From an uncultured archaeon (GTDB lineage Archaea > Iainarchaeota > Iainarchaeia > Iainarchaeales > 0-14-0-20-30-16), in the NCBI GenBank assembly GCA_964565725.1, contig CAZMGA010000007.1, positions 1 to 28,942 on the forward strand: 28,942 nt of DNA. The letters run 5' to 3'. Positions 16,273-24,382 of this stretch are shown here, in pieces (within the stretch, counting starts at the first letter, position 1; every line of letters begins with the position of its first letter). The position numbers and the translations under genes are program-made. Below the pieces are notes generated by a model. It was not told where the DNA came from. It saw only the letters and a program-made list of their open reading frames with translations, and searched no databases.

Positions 16273-16793
16273 TTTCTAACAATACTTTTTCCTTTTGGGT
16301 TTTCTTTTACTGTAAGTTTAGCTTTTGAAAATTTAACTTTTTTATAATCAATTAATTCATTTAATAATAAGGCTAATGCTGCAACTTCAGAATGAGGTTG
16401 ATTTGTTACACAAACATTAGCATCCGCTAATTGATATATTTCACTAGGAACTTTTTGTGAACCTATAAAAATTAATAAAGGTTTGGTAATTTTTTCTTTT
16501 TTGATTTTTTTTGCAAATGTTTTAAAGTCAATACCATACATCGTTAAATGTAGAATATAAAATTTATTTTTATTTTGTTCAAAAAATTTTTCGTAATCTG
16601 AAATAAATTCTATTTCTAAATTTCCTCCAAAATCTTCACAAACTTCTTTTATACTATTTTCAAAATGATTATCTTCTTGTCCCGAATAAAAAATTTTTTT
16701 ACAACCAAAAGCTCTAGATACTAATGCACAATGAGTTGTTATTCTTTTATCTCTTTCAATTCTATGTCCAAATCTAAAAATAGTAATATCCAT
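16269..16793 (-). CDS. trm56: tRNA (cytidine56-2'-O)-methyltransferase Trm56 (SPOUT)
   Basis: FRFGHRIERDKRITTHCALVSRAFG, LHLTMYG and NQPHSEVAALALLLNEL closely match archaeal aTrm56. Confidence 0.9.
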   Translation of the reverse strand: MDITIFRFGHRIERDKRITTHCALVSRAFGCKKIFYSGQEDNHFENSIKEVCEDFGGNLEIEFISDYEKFFEQNKNKFYILHLTMYGIDFKTFAKKIKKEKITKPLLIFIGSQKVPSEIYQLADANVCVTNQPHSEVAALALLLNELIDYKKVKFSKAKLTVKENPKGKSIVRN

Positions 16794-16794
16794 A

Positions 16795-17280
16795 TTAATT
16801 CTCTTTTTTAAAGTATGCTTTTAATATTTTGTTTATTATTTTTGTAGTAGATCTTGTTTTTTTAGGATCTACATATTTATATTTAATATTGTTGTCTTTA
16901 AAAAAAGTATCTTTATTTTTCCATCTATTTTTATAAATACACAAGAATTTATTTGGTTTTAGTTTTTTTAAACAATTTTCAGTAGCATTAGAAATATTTG
17001 GACAAATTGCTACGGCATCTACATATTTTATGGAATCAATTATATTTGCTCTATCTAATTCATTATTTATAGGTCTTAATTTGCCTTTTTTTGTTTTAAT
17101 TCTTTTATCGCTATTTATGAGAACTACCACTTTCTCACCATGTTTTTTTAGAGTTTTTAAAAAATCAATATGTCCTAAATGAAGTATATCAAAACTACCT
17201 CCACCACAAACAATAGTTTTATCAGCCCATTTTTTTCTTAATTTATTCAGTTCAGTATATTTTAAAATCATTTTGACCAC
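16795..17280 (-). CDS. cytidylyltransferase-family nucleotidyltransferase (RibL/FAD synthase-like or RfaE-II-like)
   Basis: GGGSFDILHLGHIDFLK contains the (T/H)xGH nucleotidyltransferase signature. Size ~160 aa. Confidence 0.7.
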   Translation of the reverse strand: MVKMILKYTELNKLRKKWADKTIVCGGGSFDILHLGHIDFLKTLKKHGEKVVVLINSDKRIKTKKGKLRPINNELDRANIIDSIKYVDAVAICPNISNATENCLKKLKPNKFLCIYKNRWKNKDTFFKDNNIKYKYVDPKKTRSTTKIINKILKAYFKKEN

Positions 17281-18128
17281 AATTTTATTTTTTTGTTTAA
17301 TTCTGTAAAAAAGGTTTTAGTAAATATAGATCTTCTTACAAATATATTTTGAAATTTGCCCCCATTATACTTTGTATTATATTTTGTAATAGCTTTTAAA
17401 GTAATCTTAAATATTTTTTTTTGATAGTTGTTGATTTCAGATCTATTTTTAGAATAAATTATTCTGGAAGCCATAAGTGAACCCATATAATATGATAAGG
17501 CTATTGGAGTATTGGTATTATCTAATAACCAACCAGGGTAATTTCTAAACCAGTATTTTTTACCAAGAATTATTTTTGAGTTATTTTTTATTTTTGGCCA
17601 GAATAATTTTCCATTAAATTCTTCTGATCTTTTTATAGAGAATGTTGGAGGTTTATTATTACGTATTGAAAAAACAGGTACATTAAAGTTTTTATTTAAT
17701 GTATTTTTGAATCCTTTTTTAGAAATTAACCCTATAGATATTGTAGCATAATCATATTGTCTATTCAATCTAAACAAAAAAAATGATTTATTCAAAATAT
17801 TTGTTTTTAATATTGGTTCTATATTCCCACCAAGAAGTTGATTAATTTTTAATGCATCTTTCTTAGAATTATAAATTGCAAACAAATCAAAATCTTTTTT
17901 TGGATTAGGATAATATAATTGAGAACCATATAATAATAAATGGGCATTAATATTTTCTTTTTTAAATTCAGTAATTAATTTATTTAACAATTTTTGTTGT
18001 TGTTTTTTGTTAATTAATTTTTCTTTTTTTGAAAATTCTGGTTTAGTATGCTTTAATTTTAGGTAATTTTTTTCATTTGGAGGAATGTTATACCAACTTT
18101 TTTTAACAAAAGTTCCTTTAAACAACAT
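17268..18128 (-). CDS. polymerase-beta-like nucleotidyltransferase-fold protein, function unknown
   Basis: LLLYGSQLYYPNPKKDFDLFAIY fits the GS-x9-DxD minimal NTase motif. The start is set at the internal ATG (18128), because the listed 312-aa ORF runs through the tRNA-Gly gene. AGGTAGGA lies upstream. 13-nt overlap with the next gene. Confidence 0.5.
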   Translation of the reverse strand: MLFKGTFVKKSWYNIPPNEKNYLKLKHTKPEFSKKEKLINKKQQQKLLNKLITEFKKENINAHLLLYGSQLYYPNPKKDFDLFAIYNSKKDALKINQLLGGNIEPILKTNILNKSFFLFRLNRQYDYATISIGLISKKGFKNTLNKNFNVPVFSIRNNKPPTFSIKRSEEFNGKLFWPKIKNNSKIILGKKYWFRNYPGWLLDNTNTPIALSYYMGSLMASRIIYSKNRSEINNYQKKIFKITLKAITKYNTKYNGGKFQNIFVRRSIFTKTFFTELNKKIKLWSK

Positions 18129-18148
18129 AATTGTTCCTACCTTTACAA

Positions 18149-18220
18149 TGCAGCTGCCGGGATTCGGACCCGGGCCGATAGCTTGGAAGGCAATCATCCT
18201 AACCACTAGACTACAACTGC
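18149..18220 (-). tRNA. tRNA-Gly (anticodon UCC), non-canonical T-loop (C55); no encoded CCA
   Basis: Reverse complement GCAGTTGTAGTCTAGTGGTTAGGATGATTGCCTTCCAAGCTATCGGCCCGGGTCCGAATCCCGGCAGCTGCA. It has a 7-bp acceptor (one G-U), anticodon loop CT-TCC-AA, and T-arm CCGGG-TCCGAAT-CCCGG. It forms a GC-rich island. Confidence 0.8.
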
Positions 18221-18341
18221 AAAAATAGTTAAACTATAAATAATAATTTATGAAATAGCTTTTAAATGTATTCTTTTTGACTTTTTATTTAATTAAGTTA
18301 TATTTATATATAATCTCTTTTATATATAAATTAGGATTTTT

Positions 18342-19784
18342 ATGTTGCATTATGGTAAGGAAGACTTAAAATTAATTTTTTCTAATTTAGGGACTATATT
18401 TAATTTTATAGCCTATTTGTTTTTAATACCTATAATTGTAATTTTAATTTATCAAGAGCCTTTTATATATTCTTTAACTTATTTATTTTTAGCATTATTA
18501 GTTAAATTTTTTGCAAAATTATTAAATTTTAAAACAAAAATACACATAGAAAGAAGACATGCTGTTGTAATTATAATTTTATTTTGGTTAATATTTTCTT
18601 TTTTTGCTTCAATACCTTTTTTTATATTAGAAAAAGCTACTTTTGTAGATGCTATTTTTGAATCTGTTTCATCTATAACAAACACTGGAATATCTATGTT
18701 TGAAAGTCAAGATCTTTTGGCATATAGTACTTTATTTTGGAGAGTTTTATTAGAATGGTTAGGGGGTATAGGTTTTGTAGTAATGGCTTTAATGGGTTTA
18801 TTTATGACTTATACTAATTTTTCTATATTGGCGGCATCAGAAGGTTTTTCAGATAAAATTGCTTTTAACATAAAAAAAACATTATCTATTTTTTTAATGA
18901 TTTACATAATAGGTACAATTATAGGAATTATTGCTTTAAAAATTGCTGGTTTACCTTTATTTGATTCAATTTATTATGCTTTTACTGCAATATCTTCCGG
19001 TGGTTCTGAGATGACGGATTTAGGTTTAAAAGCCTATGCTAATTTTTATCCTGTACTGTTAATTGTTTTAGGAATTATGATTTTTGGGGCTACTAGTTTT
19101 ATAACCCATTATAAAGTGATGAAAACTAAAAGTTTAAGAGAATATTTTAATGATAAAAGTAATGTGATGTATTTAATTTTAATAATTGGTTTATTTTTTA
19201 CAATTACCTTAAAATTTACAAAATTAAGTAGTTTTGAAACTCTATTTTATTTAATTTCATCTAGCACTGGTGGGGTGAGTTATAAAAATATTATAAATTA
19301 TCCTGAAATTTTAAAAATAATTTTAATTTTTTTAACATTTATGGGTGGGTCTACAGCTAGTACTGGTGGAGGAGTAAAAAGACAAAGAATAATGATAATT
19401 TTTAAGTCTATATGGTGGAAAATAAAAGCGTTTTTACTTCCTGAGAATTCAAAATTTAGAAGACGTTTTGATAACAAAAATATATCCTATTCTGAAATAA
19501 ATGAAGTTTATGGTTTTGTTTTAATTTATTTTTTATTTGTTTTATTTGGAACAGTTATTTTTATGGCTTATAATTTTGCTGGTATTGATTCTTTATTAAT
19601 AGTTACTTCTGCACAGGGTGGTGTAGGATATACTTTGGGTTTAATAAACAATACTATACCTATAATTTTAAAATTTATGTTAATGTTAAACATGATTGTA
19701 GGGCGATTAGAAATAATACCTGTTTTAGTACTTTTTGGATTTATATCTAATATAAGATTTAATAAAAAAAAATTAGGTGATTAA
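18342..19784 (+). CDS. trkH: TrkH/KtrB-family potassium transporter membrane subunit
   Basis: Multi-TM protein with repeated selectivity-filter-like segments (SSITNTGIS, ISSGGSE, GGSTASTGGGVKRQR). Confidence 0.9.
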   Translation: MLHYGKEDLKLIFSNLGTIFNFIAYLFLIPIIVILIYQEPFIYSLTYLFLALLVKFFAKLLNFKTKIHIERRHAVVIIILFWLIFSFFASIPFFILEKATFVDAIFESVSSITNTGISMFESQDLLAYSTLFWRVLLEWLGGIGFVVMALMGLFMTYTNFSILAASEGFSDKIAFNIKKTLSIFLMIYIIGTIIGIIALKIAGLPLFDSIYYAFTAISSGGSEMTDLGLKAYANFYPVLLIVLGIMIFGATSFITHYKVMKTKSLREYFNDKSNVMYLILIIGLFFTITLKFTKLSSFETLFYLISSSTGGVSYKNIINYPEILKIILIFLTFMGGSTASTGGGVKRQRIMIIFKSIWWKIKAFLLPENSKFRRRFDNKNISYSEINEVYGFVLIYFLFVLFGTVIFMAYNFAGIDSLLIVTSAQGGVGYTLGLINNTIPIILKFMLMLNMIVGRLEIIPVLVLFGFISNIRFNKKKLGD

Positions 19785-20414
19785 ATGTATATTATAATTG
19801 TAGGTGCTGGTAAAATTGGAATTGCTTTGGCAAAATTATTTTTAGAAGAAGAACACGAAGTTTTAATTATTGAAAATAATGAGGATAAAGCTCAAAAAAT
19901 TGCTGATGATTTAGATATTGTTACTATTTCTGATGATGCTACAAAAGAAGGGATATTAGATAAAGCTAATGCTTATGAGGCTGATGCATTAATTGCTTTA
20001 ACAAATTCTGATGAAGTAAATTTAATTATAGGTATGTTAGCAAAGGAAAAAGGTGTAAAAAAAGTAGCGATAAGATTAGCAAAAACTAATTATGATGATG
20101 TAATATTAAAAAAAATGGGTGTAGATATAGCAATATATCCTGAAATTGCTGCTGCAGCATATATAGAAGAAATTATATTAAAACCAGCAGTATTGGACTT
20201 AGCATTTTTATCTCATGGAAATGCAGAAATTACCGAAATGATTATTGATGATAATAGCCCATATTTAAACCAAATCATAAGTAAAATAAATACTTCCAAT
20301 CAAAGAGTTGTAGGTAAATATGATGATAATAAATTAACTTTCCCCAAAGATAATGTTAAATTAAAAAAAGGAGATAAAATATTATTATTAATCACAAAAG
20401 AGAATAAAAGTTAG
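19785..20414 (+). CDS. trkA: Trk system NAD-binding subunit TrkA (TrkA-N + TrkA-C)
   Basis: IIIVGAGKIGIALAKLF Rossmann GxGxxG motif. C-terminal beta-rich RCK-C portion. The ATG directly follows the trkH stop. Confidence 0.85.
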   Translation: MYIIIVGAGKIGIALAKLFLEEEHEVLIIENNEDKAQKIADDLDIVTISDDATKEGILDKANAYEADALIALTNSDEVNLIIGMLAKEKGVKKVAIRLAKTNYDDVILKKMGVDIAIYPEIAAAAYIEEIILKPAVLDLAFLSHGNAEITEMIIDDNSPYLNQIISKINTSNQRVVGKYDDNKLTFPKDNVKLKKGDKILLLITKENKS

Positions 20415-20493
20415 GTTTATTTTAAAAAGGTTGCTATCCTATAATATTATATTACTTTTTATATTAAAATACTTAATTTGGTGGTGAATTTTT

Positions 20494-20898
20494 ATGATTA
20501 TAACAAAAAAATCTAAAAGAAAAAATACAGGTGGTTTAAGAACATCTGTAAATAGAAGAAATAAAACATTGGCACAAAAGGCTAACGCCCCTATTTTAAC
20601 TTCAATATCTTCTAATGATAAAGAAATAAGAAAGTCTATTAGAGGTAAAGGTGGAATAGTAAAAAGTAAAGCTGTAGCTATTAAATTTGTAAACTTAGTT
20701 GATGAAAATGGAAAAACTATAAAAGCAATAATTAAAGATGTAAAAGCAAATACAGCTAATAGAGAATATGCTAGAAGAAATATAATTACCAAGGGCGCAG
20801 ACATATTGGTTGAAGCAAAAGGAAAAACATTAAATGCAAAAGTAACTTCTAGACCTGGTCAACATAGTGTAGTTAATGCTGTTGTAAAAAAAGAGTAA
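20494..20898 (+). CDS. rps8e: 30S ribosomal protein S8e (eS8)
   Basis: KRKNTGG...IRGKGGIVKSKA...NREYARRNIITKGADILVE...VTSRPGQHSVVNAVV matches the eS8 signature. GGTGGTGA Shine-Dalgarno. Confidence 0.9.
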   Translation: MIITKKSKRKNTGGLRTSVNRRNKTLAQKANAPILTSISSNDKEIRKSIRGKGGIVKSKAVAIKFVNLVDENGKTIKAIIKDVKANTANREYARRNIITKGADILVEAKGKTLNAKVTSRPGQHSVVNAVVKKE

Positions 20899-20920
20899 AT
20901 CTCTTTATTTTCTTTTTTTT
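20890..20920 (+). terminator. hairpin plus long T-tract after rps8e
   Basis: AAAGAG (20890-20895), a 5-nt loop, CTCTTT (20901-20906), then ATTTTCTTTTTTTT. Confidence 0.4.
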
Positions 20921-21019
20921 ATTCTTTAATTTTCTAATTTTTTTATTCTTTATAATTAATAATTTATTTACTCTATAAATAACTAATTCTAATAATTAAG
21001 TCTTATGTATTAATGCCTA

Positions 21020-21027
21020 TTTATAAA
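21020..21027 (+). promoter_or_regulatory. TATA box candidate (TTTATAAA) for nrdR-nrdJ
   Basis: Lies 61 nt upstream of the nrdR ATG. A Shine-Dalgarno-like GTAGGGGT precedes the ATG. Confidence 0.35.
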
Positions 21028-21036
21028 GCTTGCTAA

Positions 21037-21052
21037 TGTCTATATGTAGAAA
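21037..21052. promoter_or_regulatory. NrdR-box-like palindrome (tgtCTATATGTAGaaa)
   Basis: The core CTATATGTAG matches 9/10 of the core CwAtATaTwG of the published bacterial NrdR box acaCwAtATaTwGtgt. The flanks do not match. It lies 10-25 bp downstream of the TATA candidate. Confidence 0.3.
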
Positions 21053-21087
21053 AAAAAATAAAAAAAACACAACCTGTAGGGGTTATT

Positions 21088-21531
21088 ATGAATTGTCCGT
21101 ATTGTGATTCTGAAGATTTAAGCGTTGTAGATAAGAGAGATATTTCTGAGGCGTTAATTCGAAGAAGAAGAGAATGTAATAAGTGTAAACAAAGATTTAC
21201 TACATTTGAAAAAATAGGGGATGTAGATTTTTTTGTAATTAAAAAAGATGGTACAAGACAAAAATTTGATAAAGATAAAATAAAAAATGGGATTGTATCT
21301 GCAACAAAAAATAGACCTGTTACTATGGAACAAATTGAGAAAATAATATTTAATGTTTTAGATTCTATTAAAAAAGAAGGTGAAATGGAAATAACTACCG
21401 AAAAAATAGGTTCCAAAATTTTAAAGCAACTAAAAAAAATAGATGAAGTGGCATATATTAGGTTTGCATCTATTTACAAAGATTTTCAAAATGTGGAAGA
21501 TTTTAAAAAAGAAATATCTAAATTGGAGTGA
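21088..21531 (+). CDS. nrdR: transcriptional repressor NrdR (zinc ribbon + ATP-cone)
   Basis: MNCPYCDSEDLSVVDKR...RRRRECNKCKQRFTTFE is the canonical NrdR N-terminus. It is followed by an ATP-cone (VIKKDGTRQKFDKDKI...AYIRFASIYKDF). Confidence 0.9.
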   Translation: MNCPYCDSEDLSVVDKRDISEALIRRRRECNKCKQRFTTFEKIGDVDFFVIKKDGTRQKFDKDKIKNGIVSATKNRPVTMEQIEKIIFNVLDSIKKEGEMEITTEKIGSKILKQLKKIDEVAYIRFASIYKDFQNVEDFKKEISKLE

Positions 21532-21536
21532 TTACT

Positions 21537-23702
21537 ATGTTTTTAAAAATTGAAAAAAGAAATAAAGAAATAGTGGATTTTAATAAAGAAAAAATTAAAA
21601 ATGCAATTACAAAAGCATTTGAATCTATAAAAAAGGAACCCAAAAATTTAGATTTTTTATTAGAACAAGTAATAAAAGAATTGGAAAAAATTAAAGTAGA
21701 TATTCCAAATGTAGAACAAGTATCTGATGCAATAGAAAATGTATTGATGATTAATGAACAAGCAGTTGCAAAATCTTTTATTATATTTAGAGAATATAAA
21801 CGTCAATTAAGAGAAATTTCTAAAGCTTATATTGGCACAACTGAAAAAAACAATTTTGGATTAAATTCATTAAAAATATTAGAAGGAAGATATTTATTGA
21901 AAGATGATAATGGCAATATTACTGAAACACCTAATCAATTATTTGAAAGAGTATCAAAAGCAATAGTTAAAGCTGATGAAAAATATTTATCTAAAAAGAA
22001 GTTAGAACTTTTACAAAATGATTTTTATAATATGATGTATAATTTAGATTTTTTGCCTAATACTCCTACATTAATGAATGCGGGTACACCTGTGGGTCAA
22101 TTAAGTGCTTGTTTTGTATTACCAGTTGAAGATTCTATGTTAGGTATTTTTGAATCCGTAAAGAATACTGCCTTAATACATCAATCTGGTGGTGGGACTG
22201 GTTTTTCTTTTAGTAGATTAAGACAAAAAGGTGCAATAGTATCTTCAACAAAAGGAACAGCATCAGGACCAATATCTTTTATGAAAGTATTTAATACAGC
22301 TACAGATGTAGTTAAGCAAGGTGGTAAAAGAAGAGGAGCAAACATGGGTATTTTAAGAGTAGACCATCCAGATATTTTAGAATTTATATCTTGTAAACAA
22401 CAAGAAGGAAATATGGCTAATTTTAATATTTCTGTAGGTATAACTGATAAGTTTATGCAAGCTGTAGAAGATAACACTTATTATGATTTAATAGATCCTC
22501 GTAATAATAATGTAGTTACTAAAATGAATGCTCGTTCTGTTTTTGATTTGATTGCAAATTTAGCTTGGCAAAATGGAGAACCAGGAGTTATTTTTATAGA
22601 TCAAATAAATAAATATAATCAAGTTAAAAATGTTGGAGAAATAGAGGCTACAAATCCTTGTGGAGAACAACCTTTATTACCTTATGAATCTTGTAATTTA
22701 GGTTCTATAAATTTAGCAAATATGATTGAAAATAATTCTATTAATTGGAATAAATTAGAATCTGTAATTAAATTAGCAGTAAGATTTTTAGATAATGTAA
22801 TAGATGTAAATAAGTATCCTTTACCACAAATTGATTCTATGACTAAATCAACACGAAAAATAGGTTTAGGTGTAATGGGTTTTGCAGATATGTTATATCA
22901 ATTAAAAATACCTTATAATTCAGATGAAGGAATTTATTTGGGTGAAAAAATAATGAAGTTTATAACAGATATAGGTGTAGAAGAATCTGTTAAATTAGGT
23001 GAATTAAAAGGTAATTTTCCTGCATTTAAAGACAGTTATTGGTCTAATGAGGGCTATAAATATATGCGAAATGCAACTATTACTACAATTGCACCCACAG
23101 GAACAATTGGTTTGATTGCAGATGTATCTGGAGGGGTAGAGCCTGTATTTTCATTAGCATTTACTAGATTTACTCATGTTGATGATCAAGAATTAATTTA
23201 TTCAAATAAATTTTTAGAGAAAGAATTAAAATCAAAAGGAATATATTCAGAAGAATTAATGTTAAAAATATGTAAAACAGGTAGTGTTGCTGAAATTCCA
23301 GAAATTCCTGAAGATATTAAAAGAATTTTTGTTACTTCCAGAGAAATAAGTCCAGAATGGCATATAAAAATGCAAGCTGCATTTCAAAAATATACTCATA
23401 ATGGGGTTTCTAAAACAATTAACATGCCAAATTTTGCAACAATAGATGATGTAAAACAATCTTATTTATTAGCCTATAAATTGGGTTGTAAAGGTTTAAC
23501 AGTTTATAGAGATGGAAGTAGAGAATTCCAAATTTTAAATGCAGGTACTAAAAAAGTAGATTTTAAAGAAGAAAAAAAACCTTTGCAAAAATTAATTACT
23601 AAAGAAATACCAAAAGATGAATGTCCAATTTGTCATAGTAAAATGACTGCACAAGAGGGTTGTTATACTTGTAAAAAATGTTCCTATTCTAAATGTTCTT
23701 AA
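21537..23702 (+). CDS. nrdJ: adenosylcobalamin-dependent (class II) ribonucleotide reductase with N-terminal ATP-cone and C-terminal Cys-rich zinc finger
   Basis: LPNTPTLMNAGT, SACFVL, GGGTGFSFSRLR, NPCGEQPLLPYESCNLGSINL, TIAPTGT and the tail CPICHSKMTAQEGCYTCKKCSYSKC. GGAGTGA Shine-Dalgarno before ATG 21537. A GTG at 21528 overlapping the nrdR stop is an alternative start. Confidence 0.9.
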   Translation: MFLKIEKRNKEIVDFNKEKIKNAITKAFESIKKEPKNLDFLLEQVIKELEKIKVDIPNVEQVSDAIENVLMINEQAVAKSFIIFREYKRQLREISKAYIGTTEKNNFGLNSLKILEGRYLLKDDNGNITETPNQLFERVSKAIVKADEKYLSKKKLELLQNDFYNMMYNLDFLPNTPTLMNAGTPVGQLSACFVLPVEDSMLGIFESVKNTALIHQSGGGTGFSFSRLRQKGAIVSSTKGTASGPISFMKVFNTATDVVKQGGKRRGANMGILRVDHPDILEFISCKQQEGNMANFNISVGITDKFMQAVEDNTYYDLIDPRNNNVVTKMNARSVFDLIANLAWQNGEPGVIFIDQINKYNQVKNVGEIEATNPCGEQPLLPYESCNLGSINLANMIENNSINWNKLESVIKLAVRFLDNVIDVNKYPLPQIDSMTKSTRKIGLGVMGFADMLYQLKIPYNSDEGIYLGEKIMKFITDIGVEESVKLGELKGNFPAFKDSYWSNEGYKYMRNATITTIAPTGTIGLIADVSGGVEPVFSLAFTRFTHVDDQELIYSNKFLEKELKSKGIYSEELMLKICKTGSVAEIPEIPEDIKRIFVTSREISPEWHIKMQAAFQKYTHNGVSKTINMPNFATIDDVKQSYLLAYKLGCKGLTVYRDGSREFQILNAGTKKVDFKEEKKPLQKLITKEIPKDECPICHSKMTAQEGCYTCKKCSYSKCS

Positions 23703-23735
23703 GCACTTTAGAAAAATTGTGTAAATTATTGTTAT

Positions 23736-23760
23736 GTGTTCTTAACGGAACACTTTTTAT
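23736..23760 (+). terminator. hairpin GTGTTC-TTAACG-GAACAC followed by TTTTTAT
   Basis: Perfect 6-bp, relatively GC-containing stem 34 nt after the nrdJ stop, followed by a T5 run. The T/A run also doubles as a possible TATA for the next gene. Confidence 0.4.
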
Positions 23761-23781
23761 ATGTTTTTATATCTTATACTT

Positions 23782-24300
23782 ATGAAAGAAATAGAAGTAA
23801 AAATTTTAGAAATTAATAAAAAATATATTGAAAAAAAATTGAAAAAGTTGAAAGCTAAAAAAGTATATTCTGGGAAATTAGTTTCATATTTTTTTGATAC
23901 TACTACCAATTCTTTAAAATCTAAAGGTATTCAATTAAGATTACGCGTAAGTAATAAAGATTGTATATTAACTGTTAAAAGAAAAATTTCGCAAAAAGAA
24001 ACTAAAAATTCAAATGAATTTGAAATTACTGTTTCAAGTTATAAGGAAACAAAAAATATATTAGAATTATTAGGTTTTAAATTAAAATATCAATTAGAAA
24101 AAAATAGAACGTCTTATGTTTTAAAAGATGTAAGATTTGAATTAGATAAACCTAAAGAAAAAGTGCCTTTATTTTTAGAAATTGAAGCAAAAAATAGAAA
24201 AATTATAGAAAAATACGTAAAACTTTTAGGATATAAAATGTCTCAAACTAAAAATTTTACTTATCGAGATGTATTAAGACATTATAATATTTTAAGGTGA
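23782..24300 (+). CDS. CYTH-domain protein (CyaB-like class IV adenylyl cyclase / triphosphate tunnel metalloenzyme)
   Basis: N-terminal MKEIEVKIL (ExExK), IQLRLRVSNKDCILTVKRK (RxR...K), VRFELDKP and LFLEIEAK. ATG 23782 lies ~24 nt after a TTTTTATA box, suggesting a leaderless mRNA. Confidence 0.8.
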   Translation: MKEIEVKILEINKKYIEKKLKKLKAKKVYSGKLVSYFFDTTTNSLKSKGIQLRLRVSNKDCILTVKRKISQKETKNSNEFEITVSSYKETKNILELLGFKLKYQLEKNRTSYVLKDVRFELDKPKEKVPLFLEIEAKNRKIIEKYVKLLGYKMSQTKNFTYRDVLRHYNILR

Positions 24301-24301
24301 A

Positions 24302-24330
24302 AATATGCTAATAATAAATACCGGAGATGG
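24302..24330 (+). repeat. 29-bp direct repeat, copy 1 (aatATGCTAATAATAAATACCGGAGATGG)
   Basis: Identical to 24381-24409. Contains an ATG plus 8 further codons identical to the cobO start. Confidence 0.95.
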
Positions 24331-24382
24331 CGCAAAAATGGCTTTGCTAAAAAGAGCTTTTTGTGTTTTAGGAGGTATTTAA
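24305..24382 (+). CDS. 25-codon upstream mini-ORF sharing its first 9 residues with cobO (MLIINTGDGAKMALLKRAFCVLGGI)
   Basis: AGGTGA Shine-Dalgarno 4 nt upstream, provided by the CYTH gene end. Its TAA stop lies 1 nt before the cobO ATG. Translation is unproven. Confidence 0.3.
   Translation: MLIINTGDGAKMALLKRAFCVLGGI

Noticed and set aside
18129-18206. N-terminal 26 codons of the listed 312-aa ORF (MVRMIAFQAIGPGPNPGSCIVKVGTI)
   Set aside because: This stretch is the antisense-strand reading through the tRNA-Gly gene body, a GC-rich island. The CDS more plausibly starts at ATG 18128.
15464-18220. Possibility that the two tRNA genes mark an integrated element (att sites)
   Set aside because: I found no partial duplicate of either tRNA 3' end elsewhere in the window. 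There is also no integrase or other mobile-element gene between or beside them.
20914-20952. 15-nt direct repeat TTTTTTTATTCTTTA occurring twice (20914-20928 and 20938-20952)
   Set aside because: It is a low-complexity T-rich sequence directly after a terminator-like T-tract. This is readily explained by composition or slippage, and no associated feature was seen.
20899-21087. Cobalamin riboswitch upstream of nrdR-nrdJ, or upstream of cobO at 24301-24383
   Set aside because: Both regions are extremely AT-rich and too short or unstructured. No GC-rich B12-box-like element or multi-stem architecture is visible.
20439-21416. Minus-strand ORFs 20439-20804 and 21033-21416, which appear hydrophobic and membrane-like
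   Set aside because: They are antisense to rps8e and nrdR, both identified by strong signatures. The hydrophobic appearance comes from reading A/G-rich codons backwards.
22181-23459. Minus-strand ORFs 22181-22477 and 23262-23459 within nrdJ, and also 26613-26819 (plus strand, within mre11) and 28144-28661 (plus strand, within the pilin gene)
   Set aside because: All are embedded antisense in well-supported genes, and none has a recognisable motif.
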